DNA from: a phage
Length of the DNA stretch: 64,000 nucleotides
Assembly (NCBI GenBank): GCA_029945195.1
Contig: GCA_029945195.1_4117.1
Reading direction: 5' to 3' (one strand)
Shown piece after piece: positions 51,627 to 60,542 of this stretch (positions are counted from its first letter, which is position 1; each line of letters starts with the position of its first letter). Made by a program: the position numbers and the translations under genes. Under the pieces are notes generated by a model. That model had not been told where the DNA came from, made no database searches, and worked only from the letters and a program-made list of their open reading frames with translations.

Positions 51627-52022
51627 TTATAAAGACGAAACTGAATATGTTGCCATTCGGTTATTACTTCTAGCATCAAATACAATAGTAAGTTCTTCTA
51701 ATGCATCTAATACTACATACTCTAATACGATGTTCATTTGATAACCATATTCTATTCTTGAAATTTGCAATTTCTTGAGATTCAATCTTGGATCTAAGCT
51801 AATTATTCTACGGGCATCTGCTTCTAAAAGGTTGATAGTATTATAACCTTCTAGTTCAAATAACAAATCCCATGCAATAAAACCATAGTCCGCATCAAAT
51901 GCTCTTTCGCCTTTTTTTGTGTTAAAATGATTCATTAAATCTTGACGAACCAGTTCACTATCATACAATGTTTCGGTTCTACCCACAACAGGAGTATGAA
52001 ATCCTTTAAAAACAACTGCCAT
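51627..52022 (-). CDS. baseplate wedge protein (gp25-like)
   Basis: 131 aa; KKGERAFDADYGFIAWDLLFE resembles the conserved gp25/GPW core (T4 gp25 GSRPFDPEFGCDLSDQLFE, from memory). Confidence 0.65.
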   Translation of the reverse strand: MAVVFKGFHTPVVGRTETLYDSELVRQDLMNHFNTKKGERAFDADYGFIAWDLLFELEGYNTINLLEADARRIISLDPRLNLKKLQISRIEYGYQMNIVLEYVVLDALEELTIVFDARSNNRMATYSVSSL

Positions 52023-52036
52023 TGATTATTCCTTTA

Positions 52037-52525
52037 TTATACGGATTCAACGATACGTGCCATCTTTTCCGCTCTTGAAGTGGTTTGTTTATACCAAGTA
52101 CTATCACGCATTTCTTTACCAGCAGTTTTGTAATCACCCTTACCCAAAGCAGTGAGTGCTTTTTTGAATTTCAAAACTTTGGTTTTGCCCATTTGGAATA
52201 CCATTAACCATAATACACGTTGTACTTGGACTGGTGCGGTCATACCAAATTGTTCATAAATTGATTTTGCATCATTGTACGCAGTTTGAGCATCTTTAAG
52301 AAGAAGTTGGTCAGCTTGTGATTCAGTTAGTCCATTTTTGAAGTTTTCACCTGGAAGAACTAGATGACCATAACCAATAGTATCAAGACCTAAGCTGTCT
52401 TTATATACCCAAAACTTATCATTTTTAAAATAACCAAGTTTTTTCTGGTATGCAATTGTACCTTCAAATTCTTTTACTTCTTTGAAAAATTGCTCATCTG
52501 TATTTTTAATTTCCCATTTACTCAT
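52037..52525 (-). CDS. T4-lysozyme-like (GH24) endolysin
   Basis: 162 aa; EFEGT...LDTIGYGH catalytic region; MVFQMGKTKVLKFK and WYKQTTSRAEKMARIV match T4 lysozyme blocks; close paralog of the C-terminal domain of the hub protein. Confidence 0.85.
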   Translation of the reverse strand: MSKWEIKNTDEQFFKEVKEFEGTIAYQKKLGYFKNDKFWVYKDSLGLDTIGYGHLVLPGENFKNGLTESQADQLLLKDAQTAYNDAKSIYEQFGMTAPVQVQRVLWLMVFQMGKTKVLKFKKALTALGKGDYKTAGKEMRDSTWYKQTTSRAEKMARIVESV

Positions 52526-52561
52526 AAAGATATCCTCGTTTTATTTATAGTGCTAAAATAT

Positions 52562-55225
52562 TTATTGACATGCCTCCAAACGACGAGCCATTAACTCCGC
52601 ACGGCGTGTGGTTTGGCGATACCAAGCAGAATTGCGGATTTGTGCCGCTGCTTGTTTATAATTACCTTTTGCCATTTCTGATAACATAGTTTTAAATTTC
52701 AATACACCACCTTTACCCATCTGAAATACCATTTGGCATAGTACTTGTTGAGCAAGATAAGGAGTTTTCATGTTATATGAAGCATAAATTGATTTGGCAT
52801 CATAAATTGCTTTACTACTATCACGAACTAACATATCATTTGCTTGTTGTTCAGTTATTCCATCAGAGAAGTTTTCACCGCTAACAATTAAGTGACCGTA
52901 ACCAATAGTTGGATATCCACGACTATCTAAATAACGCCAGAACTTACCATTACGATAATATCCCTTTGCTTGTTGATATTGTAATGTACCCTCATATTCT
53001 TTTAATTCAGAAATAAACTGAGCATCACCAGGAACAACTTTCCAATCTATGGCTGTTTTATCAACATTACCTATATTATAAGTTGGTTGCTCAACTGGCG
53101 TAGTTGAAACACCACTTCTTTGTGTTCTTCTTCGACGAGGAACATGTCGTGAACCACGTTGTGAATAACCTGTACCAATTGTTTTAATTTTTGTAGTAAC
53201 TACTAATTCATCACTATCAACAGAAGGTTGCACTACTGCTTGAGGTGCAGATTGATTGGTTGCTTTTCCTGCAATTAATGTTTTATTGGCTGCGTCAGAA
53301 CCAGTACCAGTTTGAGATGCATAAAATAGACCCGGATCAACTGAACCGCTAAAACCAAGCACGTTAGCTGATGTAACACGTATTTCAAACTGTATAACAC
53401 CATTTGCTTTACCAACAACTTGTCCTTTTTGAACAACATCTTTGTTTAATAAATCAGATTGAATATTATAAAATACAGATTTATATCCTGACTTATGTTG
53501 TATTAACAGTGCACCATTAGTAATTACTATTACACCACCATCGGGTGCAACTATGTCACCTTTACATTGTATTTCCCATCCAGAACGATCTGACTTCCCA
53601 CCACTTTGTGTTGGAACACCTTTCCCCCAATAACCATATTGGCGAATAGTACCACTACATGGCATGAACATATGTAAACCTTCATATGTAATACTATATC
53701 CAGTCATCCCAGGGTCAGATGTCATTAAATCTTGAGATTGCACTTGTTCAGTTTCTGATGTATAGTTTACAAACTGAACAGCTTCTGTATCTTGTGCAAC
53801 TGGTAGTTCTGGCGATACATCGTTTGCTGGCTGTGGTTGAACTGGTGATTCACTTGAGCCACTCCCCCCACCTTGCCTTGGTGGTTCAACATAACTACCA
53901 TGATTTTCAGCATTAACCCAAGCGGCAATATCATGAATGTGTTCATTAAGACCAGCAGATGGTGTTCTGAAATTTGGTGCAGTAAATTCAGCTGTACCGC
54001 TATTACCACCACTATTAACTGTTAATGTTTGACCTCCACCACTAACAATTGCTGAAGATGAACCAATTAAGTTTGCAGATGTAGAAGCAGAAATAGACGC
54101 ATTTGAACCAGCAGTAATATCAGTACTGCTACCACTTTGCATACGTAATGATGCAGCCGTAACTAAACGAAGGTCAGCACCTGAATTAACCACCACTTGT
54201 CCACCAACTTTTGCATCAAGAGCACCAATTAGATCTAATTTAGTATTTGCACCAACGCGTGCATTGAAATCTTGTCCGGTTTCAATGTTGTATGAACGTC
54301 CAGCCGTAATATTAATATCTTGTCCTGCACGAATATTGATATTCTTGTCACAATGCATGTCAATATCACCTTCACCAGTGAATTTAATACGTGCAGTACC
54401 GTCACGGTTAATTAAAAGAACATCACCAGTTGCTTCTGATAAAAGAAGTTGTGCACCACTACGTGTTTTTATTACAACACCTTCATTTTTACGAGAACCA
54501 ACACGGGTATCGTTTACTGGGTTATTAAATTGCGTATCTTGATATCCATCTGGGTCTTGATCCCATGTGGGTGCAGTTAATTCCTCTTCAGTATATCCAT
54601 CATCAATAATGAAACTATTTCCACGTGGTGATGACATTCCATATACAGTACTTGTGGTTTGTCGAGTACTACTACGATTCGCCAACCCAGCTTCTTCGTC
54701 ATATAAAAGGTTTTGCTTTTTAAGACCTGCGATGATTGGAACGTTAGCATATTTGTCTTGCATATCGGTAGTGATAGTGTTACGATCATAGTCAGTAACA
54801 GGAAGTGGCATATCAGTTCCACCATAATTACTTACTTCAGTTGCCATACCCGGAACCATAGTATTCATACGCTGGTCATATACACAACCAATCCAATATG
54901 CTTGGAATGTACGGGCTTGTGCAAAAATTACAACAACTGTACACCCTACGTCTGGTGGTACTGCCCAAAAACCGTATCCTTTTGGATATTGACCATATGC
55001 ATCAGCACTTGGAATACCTGGTGTTTTACCAGCAAAAGGAGACATGTAAGATGCTTCTATCCATGATTCTTTTGAGTTTTTATCACTTTGAGAACCTTGT
55101 ATCCAAACTTTCAGTTTTCCTGATTTAGTTGGATCTCTGTTATCCATAACAGTTGCTAACTGCGGATAAGATGGGTCAAAACGACCCAACTGCTGTTGTG
55201 CATACTTTTTACTTGTATCTGCCAT
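52562..55225 (-). CDS. baseplate hub/spike protein (gp5-like) with C-terminal GH24 lysozyme domain
   Basis: 887 aa; N-terminal OB-like region, central beta-helix-like repeats (NINIRAGQDINITAGRSYNIETGQD...), a segment resembling a degenerate M23 peptidase fold, and a C-terminal lysozyme domain (EYEGT...PTIGYGH, MVFQMGKGGVLKFK, WYRQTTRRAELMARRL). Confidence 0.75.
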   Translation of the reverse strand: MADTSKKYAQQQLGRFDPSYPQLATVMDNRDPTKSGKLKVWIQGSQSDKNSKESWIEASYMSPFAGKTPGIPSADAYGQYPKGYGFWAVPPDVGCTVVVIFAQARTFQAYWIGCVYDQRMNTMVPGMATEVSNYGGTDMPLPVTDYDRNTITTDMQDKYANVPIIAGLKKQNLLYDEEAGLANRSSTRQTTSTVYGMSSPRGNSFIIDDGYTEEELTAPTWDQDPDGYQDTQFNNPVNDTRVGSRKNEGVVIKTRSGAQLLLSEATGDVLLINRDGTARIKFTGEGDIDMHCDKNINIRAGQDINITAGRSYNIETGQDFNARVGANTKLDLIGALDAKVGGQVVVNSGADLRLVTAASLRMQSGSSTDITAGSNASISASTSANLIGSSSAIVSGGGQTLTVNSGGNSGTAEFTAPNFRTPSAGLNEHIHDIAAWVNAENHGSYVEPPRQGGGSGSSESPVQPQPANDVSPELPVAQDTEAVQFVNYTSETEQVQSQDLMTSDPGMTGYSITYEGLHMFMPCSGTIRQYGYWGKGVPTQSGGKSDRSGWEIQCKGDIVAPDGGVIVITNGALLIQHKSGYKSVFYNIQSDLLNKDVVQKGQVVGKANGVIQFEIRVTSANVLGFSGSVDPGLFYASQTGTGSDAANKTLIAGKATNQSAPQAVVQPSVDSDELVVTTKIKTIGTGYSQRGSRHVPRRRRTQRSGVSTTPVEQPTYNIGNVDKTAIDWKVVPGDAQFISELKEYEGTLQYQQAKGYYRNGKFWRYLDSRGYPTIGYGHLIVSGENFSDGITEQQANDMLVRDSSKAIYDAKSIYASYNMKTPYLAQQVLCQMVFQMGKGGVLKFKTMLSEMAKGNYKQAAAQIRNSAWYRQTTRRAELMARRLEACQ

Positions 55226-55238
55226 AATATTTTATTCC

Positions 55239-57488
55239 TTAATCAACTATACTATCGTGACGTTTGAGTGCACGAATTACAATTGCAGCTTGAATTTGTT
55301 GTGTAAAAGAACCACCTGCACCAAAATCATGAACAATTTTATTAACACGATAAATTGTTTGGTTAAATGTGGTTGGTGTATTAATATCCAAAACACCAGT
55401 GTTATCATTTATTGATATTACTGGTTGTAATTTTAGTAATAGATACGCTTCAGATGTTATATAATTTGCTACATGATAATCATCTGGGTTAATTTCCATA
55501 TCTTCACCATTAATTACTTGTTCTAGATATTGTAAGTAAGAGTAATCACTCCACCCTAACCAGTACGGGTCGCCTACTACACGCATATCGAGTTTACACA
55601 AAAAAGGTCTATTGTAATAGTTGTCACGTATTTTACGTCTATCCATTTCATATGTGCTGCTGTTATCGTTTAACGAAGCGGATAAAGTTGTTTCATTGTT
55701 AGTTGCTTCGGTTGGCATTGTGAACACTTCACCATAACGGTGACCAACACCATCAGTACCGCCATCGTTTTCTTCATAAGTGGTTACATAATCTTCAATA
55801 TATTGAGGTAAAACATTGACTTGATAGTTATTATAACGGTCTTGTTCTTCTGCGTTACCAACCTGCATTTGATTTTTTGCTAAAGTTTCAACTTCAGTTA
55901 ACAATTGTTGTTGGGCTTGTGTTAACATCCCTCCTAAATCACGAGTTACACGTAAATCACTTGTTTTTGCCCATGCGTCTGGTATACTATTGTATTGTAC
56001 ACCTTGAATATTGAGTTCTTGGGATGTATGTGTACCTGCATGGTTCGCTACATCTTGTATCGGACCAGGGTTACGTGTAGTGGCTACGAAAAATTGCTGA
56101 TCAAATTTCAAATCCAAATCAAGTATCTCACTATTAAGCCCACTAAATTGATAATTATAAGTTTTCATGTTTATTTTTGGTTTTTGATCATTAGGATCTA
56201 CGTATTTTTCTGCGTTCTCAAAAAAGTACTCAAATGTGAAATTTTCAGGTTGTAAATCCGATTCATGAACAATATCACCTATTTTAAATCTAACAATATA
56301 AAAAATTACTTTATACACAGAAGTATTACGATAATTATCAAAACCAACGTATTGTTTAACTGGTATAATGTTTACAAATTGACGCACACTAGTACTATCA
56401 TCGGCTTGTACAGTACATGTATCAATAACGTCATCAATAATTCGAGATATAGGAGTACTTGGGTTCCATGAAAAGTTTTTAGAACCTTGTGCACCACTTT
56501 TAGTTGTTCCGGCCTCTGCCATTTGTTTAGAATCATAGTTTATAAACAAATCTTGCAAATCAGGTGCTACTTTAAATTCGAAAAATTTACCTTCGGATAA
56601 TTCACCAAATTTATATCTAAGATAACCATATTGTTGGTCAGCCATCTGATTTAATTTATCTTCTAAATCAAAGCAGAAGTCACCAAAGTTTTCAGCAGTA
56701 CAATTGAATGGTTCTTTTAAGGTCCATTCAATGTTATCAACTAAAGCTGCTCTATTATGAACTAAGTTCATAGTATACATCATAGTACTACCACTTTGTG
56801 AAGCACTTGCAGTAACACTATTAATTTTAACTGACCAGCGTCTTGTTGTTTCTGGGATAATTTCAGGTATTCCATTTTTATTAAAGCCAATAAACTTTAA
56901 TTCCAAGATCAATGGCAAGTCCATAAATTTATGATATCTAAGTTTGTTACTTAACGAAATTAATTCATCATATAGACTCATACTATTATTTTCAGACATA
57001 TTAAGTACTGCTGTATTAAAACAATAGTTTGTTGTCATTCCTGGTGTTGAAGGTCCAGCTTGTGTCATTTGTACACTAGTGATATTATATTTGCCAGTAA
57101 CACCACTTTCTGATATCACATGTCGTTGCACTTCTGCATCTGGGTAAAGCCAAAAGTTTTTAAAATCATCTTTATCTAAGGCAAATAAACAAAAGTGCCA
57201 AGTTGGGTTATCATATTTCAATAATTTATTGTCATACGGTATTACAAACTGACTTAAATCGAGATCTTCATAAACTTGATCAACACTAGCACTTTGTTTT
57301 GGTAATGATACTACATTACTTACATTTGCTTTGTAATTATTTTTTGTAATAGTTTTTACATCATTTTGTAATGTATTTGCTGTAGCTTTCAAACTATCAA
57401 GTGCATTAGATGTGGTGGTTTTAGCCTTACCATTAATACTTGTAATATCATTTTGAAAATTATCAACTGTACTTCGTAAATCTGCCAT
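55239..57488 (-). CDS. hypothetical structural protein (possible baseplate hub component)
   Basis: 749 aa; immediately upstream of the gp5-like gene in the same operon; GGAG RBS. Confidence 0.5.
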   Translation of the reverse strand: MADLRSTVDNFQNDITSINGKAKTTTSNALDSLKATANTLQNDVKTITKNNYKANVSNVVSLPKQSASVDQVYEDLDLSQFVIPYDNKLLKYDNPTWHFCLFALDKDDFKNFWLYPDAEVQRHVISESGVTGKYNITSVQMTQAGPSTPGMTTNYCFNTAVLNMSENNSMSLYDELISLSNKLRYHKFMDLPLILELKFIGFNKNGIPEIIPETTRRWSVKINSVTASASQSGSTMMYTMNLVHNRAALVDNIEWTLKEPFNCTAENFGDFCFDLEDKLNQMADQQYGYLRYKFGELSEGKFFEFKVAPDLQDLFINYDSKQMAEAGTTKSGAQGSKNFSWNPSTPISRIIDDVIDTCTVQADDSTSVRQFVNIIPVKQYVGFDNYRNTSVYKVIFYIVRFKIGDIVHESDLQPENFTFEYFFENAEKYVDPNDQKPKINMKTYNYQFSGLNSEILDLDLKFDQQFFVATTRNPGPIQDVANHAGTHTSQELNIQGVQYNSIPDAWAKTSDLRVTRDLGGMLTQAQQQLLTEVETLAKNQMQVGNAEEQDRYNNYQVNVLPQYIEDYVTTYEENDGGTDGVGHRYGEVFTMPTEATNNETTLSASLNDNSSTYEMDRRKIRDNYYNRPFLCKLDMRVVGDPYWLGWSDYSYLQYLEQVINGEDMEINPDDYHVANYITSEAYLLLKLQPVISINDNTGVLDINTPTTFNQTIYRVNKIVHDFGAGGSFTQQIQAAIVIRALKRHDSIVD

Positions 57489-57499
57489 ACGTTACTCCA

Positions 57500-57814
57500 T
57501 TAGCCTATGTTTCGAGTACCATTAAGATAATTCTGTACTCTTTGATTTGCTGGTATTCTAATTGTTACTCCACTTTTAAAATTATATATAGGATCTTCTC
57601 CTAGTATGTCTGGATTTAACAATGCGAAAATATAATATAAGCGTTCATTACCATACATTTCGTATGCTAAACGCCAAGGTTGATATTCATATTTCAATGG
57701 GATCTCATAAAAATCATCAGTATCAGCCGGAACAATATCACGTGGTAAATTATACCCAAGATACCATGTTTGTTTCACCTTAGCGTAAGGTGAGTATTGA
57801 CTATAGTTGGACAT
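57500..57814 (-). CDS. hypothetical small protein in baseplate operon
   Basis: 104 aa; strong AAAGGAGGA RBS; start overlaps the stop of the upstream gene. Confidence 0.5.
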   Translation of the reverse strand: MSNYSQYSPYAKVKQTWYLGYNLPRDIVPADTDDFYEIPLKYEYQPWRLAYEMYGNERLYYIFALLNPDILGEDPIYNFKSGVTIRIPANQRVQNYLNGTRNIG

Positions 57815-58545
57815 TAAATGAATCCTCCTTTACGTAATAGTTCACCACGTTTGAATGCATTGAGGTTGAACGTTTTAGTCATATAATCCGATGTTGGTTG
57901 TTCTTCAAGTTGTAACATAACTGAGATTTTTTGTGGAACCCAAACTTCATCTTGTGGGTTCATATATCCAGTACTTCTAAGTTGTTCGAAGAATTTTCTA
58001 CTATCCATGTCGGATAAATTAAAAGTACTATCGCTACTATTCAATGGAACTTGAATATAAGAAACATCATTTGGGTAAGTAAAATTATAAGATTTTAAAA
58101 TAACAGGAATATCATTATATGTATAACGACCATATCCACTTAGAAGTAAGATTGGTGGTGGTGCACCCGCAATTGCGAGTTCGGGGTTATTAGCCGAAGC
58201 AGCTTGTCTACCAAAATCCATCAATGAAACAGAACGTATAAAATGAACACATGCCAACGCATACATAGCTTCTGCTGCTGTATTTGCATAAAATTCACCC
58301 TGAATAGTGAAAACTGTATTAGTAGTGTTCTTATAGTTGTTATAGTTACTGTTGGTATGTATAGGAGACTGTGTTTCATACTGAATTGACCTTTGTTCAG
58401 TAATTGTTGGTGTTACAGTCCAAACCAACCCATTAGTTGGACGCAGAAACGAAAGTAGTGTTGGTTCGGAGCTATCCCCGAAATCACCATATACATAGTT
58501 AGCACCTGCGGCTTTAGGTCGTAATCGAATTCTACGATCAATCAT
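57814..58545 (-). CDS. hypothetical baseplate-associated protein
   Basis: ORF track extends to 58635 using a TTG start; the first ATG (58545, MIDRRIRL...) has a GGAG RBS; stop overlaps the next gene's start. Confidence 0.45.
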   Translation of the reverse strand: MIDRRIRLRPKAAGANYVYGDFGDSSEPTLLSFLRPTNGLVWTVTPTITEQRSIQYETQSPIHTNSNYNNYKNTTNTVFTIQGEFYANTAAEAMYALACVHFIRSVSLMDFGRQAASANNPELAIAGAPPPILLLSGYGRYTYNDIPVILKSYNFTYPNDVSYIQVPLNSSDSTFNLSDMDSRKFFEQLRSTGYMNPQDEVWVPQKISVMLQLEEQPTSDYMTKTFNLNAFKRGELLRKGGFI

Positions 58546-58676
58546 CTTTTTGATTCTCCATAATAAGGGAACATTTGATGTATTTATACGTGGGACAAAA
58601 TGCTTTTTGGTGCTATAATAACATTGATGGTACAAGGATTGTACCTATTGGATTTAAACATGGAGAGTAAAATACA

Positions 58677-59516
58677 ATGACAAATAGGCCAAAGCGTAAA
58701 AAGTATCTCAATAATGCTGATTTACTTCGTGAAATACAAAAAAGTAAGATTTCATACTGCTGGTTATTAGACAAATCATATAGTATGTATGATTATATTG
58801 TTTTTCATGAGTCAGAAATTACTGCTGAGTTACTTGAAAAAGCCAAAGCAGCACGAATCAAACGACTAAACAATGAAATGCTTGATAGTATTCGTGAAAA
58901 GGAAAGTATGAGTGCTAAAAAAGCTAAAGAATATGCAGATGAAAATAATTTAGTTATCACTGATGTTCCAATCGATGAAGTTGTTATTCGTGTTATCACT
59001 GATGAACATATTCCACCCGACACTAGAGTTAACTTTGAACCATTCAAGCATTACATTGTAGATAATGAAGGAATTCTCTATGAAGTATGTCGTTCTCATT
59101 GGAAAGGAGATCTTGAAACTGGTGAATTCAGTACTGTTCATGGTAAAATTACAAATGAACTAGGGAAGATGTTCATTAAACTTGCTGAGGAAATCTCTCA
59201 TAAATCTAATTACAGAAACTATACATACTTAGATGAAATGATGGGTGATGCAAGAATACAATTAGTTAAAAACGCACTTCTCTTTAAAGAGAGCATTCTT
59301 TATAAAAAAGATAAACCAGCAGTTCAGCTAAATCCTTTCTCTTACTATACATCATTCGTAAACAATAGTTTTCGTTCTATATTGAATAGTGAGAAAAATG
59401 TTCGAAATATACGTGATGATTTACTTGAAATGCATGGCTTTACGCCATCACATACACGTCAAATTGAAATTGAATTGAACATGATTGAAAGGAAAAATGA
59501 AGATGGCTCTGTTTGA
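58677..59516 (+). CDS. late-transcription sigma factor (T4 gp55-like)
   Basis: 279 aa; N-terminal K.KYLNNADLLREIQKSK and the NPFSYYTSFVNNSFRSILNSEKNV block resemble T4 gp55 (from memory); longer than T4 gp55. Confidence 0.6.
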   Translation: MTNRPKRKKYLNNADLLREIQKSKISYCWLLDKSYSMYDYIVFHESEITAELLEKAKAARIKRLNNEMLDSIREKESMSAKKAKEYADENNLVITDVPIDEVVIRVITDEHIPPDTRVNFEPFKHYIVDNEGILYEVCRSHWKGDLETGEFSTVHGKITNELGKMFIKLAEEISHKSNYRNYTYLDEMMGDARIQLVKNALLFKESILYKKDKPAVQLNPFSYYTSFVNNSFRSILNSEKNVRNIRDDLLEMHGFTPSHTRQIEIELNMIERKNEDGSV

Positions 59517-60534
59517 TAAAGCAATTACATTCACTGATATTCACTTAGGTTTAAAGAATAACAGCAAGCAACACAATGAAGATTGTTTAAACTTCATTAA
59601 ATTCATGATTGATGTAGCTAAAAAAAATAATATCAAAGTTTGTGTTTTTATGGGAGATTATTTTCATAATAGAAGTAATATCAATATTCAAACACTAAAC
59701 TATGGTTTACAAATTCTTCAATTATTAAATGATAATTTTGAAAAAGTATATTTTTTAGTCGGAAACCATGATATGTATCATAAAAACAAACGTGATATAA
59801 CAAGTATCAATATGGCTCAAGTTTATGAAAATATAGAATTCATTAATGAAATTACAACCTTTGATGATTGTACTTTCATTCCATTTATGATTGAAGATGA
59901 ATATAAGTTGTTACCTCAACTAAAAAGTAAGTATGTTTTTGGTCACTTAGAGTTACCAGGTTACTTGCTTAACAAGATGGTAGAAATGCCTGATCATGGA
60001 AAAGAAACAGAAGGTTCTTTTGGTGGATGTGAGTATGTTTTTAGTGGACATTTTCATAAACGACAGTCAAAAACAACTTCAAAAGGAACTCGTGTAGTTT
60101 ATACTGGTAATTGTTTTCCACATAATTTTTCCGATACATGGGATGATGCAAGAGGTGTGATGATTCTTGAACATGGCAAAGAACCTATTTTCAAGTCATG
60201 GGATAATGCACCAAAATATAGAACATTCACACTTTCTGAATTGTTGACTGATCCAAGCTATTATCTACAAGATAACACAATATCAAAAGTTCAAGTTGAT
60301 ATATCAATAACAACTGATGAGATTAGTTTTATTCGTGATACATTTACTAAACTTTATAACATTAGAGAGTTTAATGTTGTGACAAGCAAGCAAAGTATTT
60401 CAGAATTAATCGAAGATGGTGTTAGTTTTGAAAGTACTGAATCAGTTGATGAGATAGTTTTGCAGCAAATTATGGAAATTGATTCACCAATGTTTGATAA
60501 AAATCTTCTAATCCAAATTTACAGATCGTTATAA
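59503..60534 (+). CDS. Mre11/SbcD-like recombination nuclease subunit (T4 gp47-like)
   Basis: ORF track start at 59485 is a TTG; the ATG at 59503 has an AAAGGA RBS. Calcineurin-like phosphoesterase motifs TDIHLG, GDYFH, GNHD, GHLE, SGHFH. Confidence 0.8.
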   Translation: MALFDKAITFTDIHLGLKNNSKQHNEDCLNFIKFMIDVAKKNNIKVCVFMGDYFHNRSNINIQTLNYGLQILQLLNDNFEKVYFLVGNHDMYHKNKRDITSINMAQVYENIEFINEITTFDDCTFIPFMIEDEYKLLPQLKSKYVFGHLELPGYLLNKMVEMPDHGKETEGSFGGCEYVFSGHFHKRQSKTTSKGTRVVYTGNCFPHNFSDTWDDARGVMILEHGKEPIFKSWDNAPKYRTFTLSELLTDPSYYLQDNTISKVQVDISITTDEISFIRDTFTKLYNIREFNVVTSKQSISELIEDGVSFESTESVDEIVLQQIMEIDSPMFDKNLLIQIYRSL

Positions 60535-60542
60535 GGGACTAT

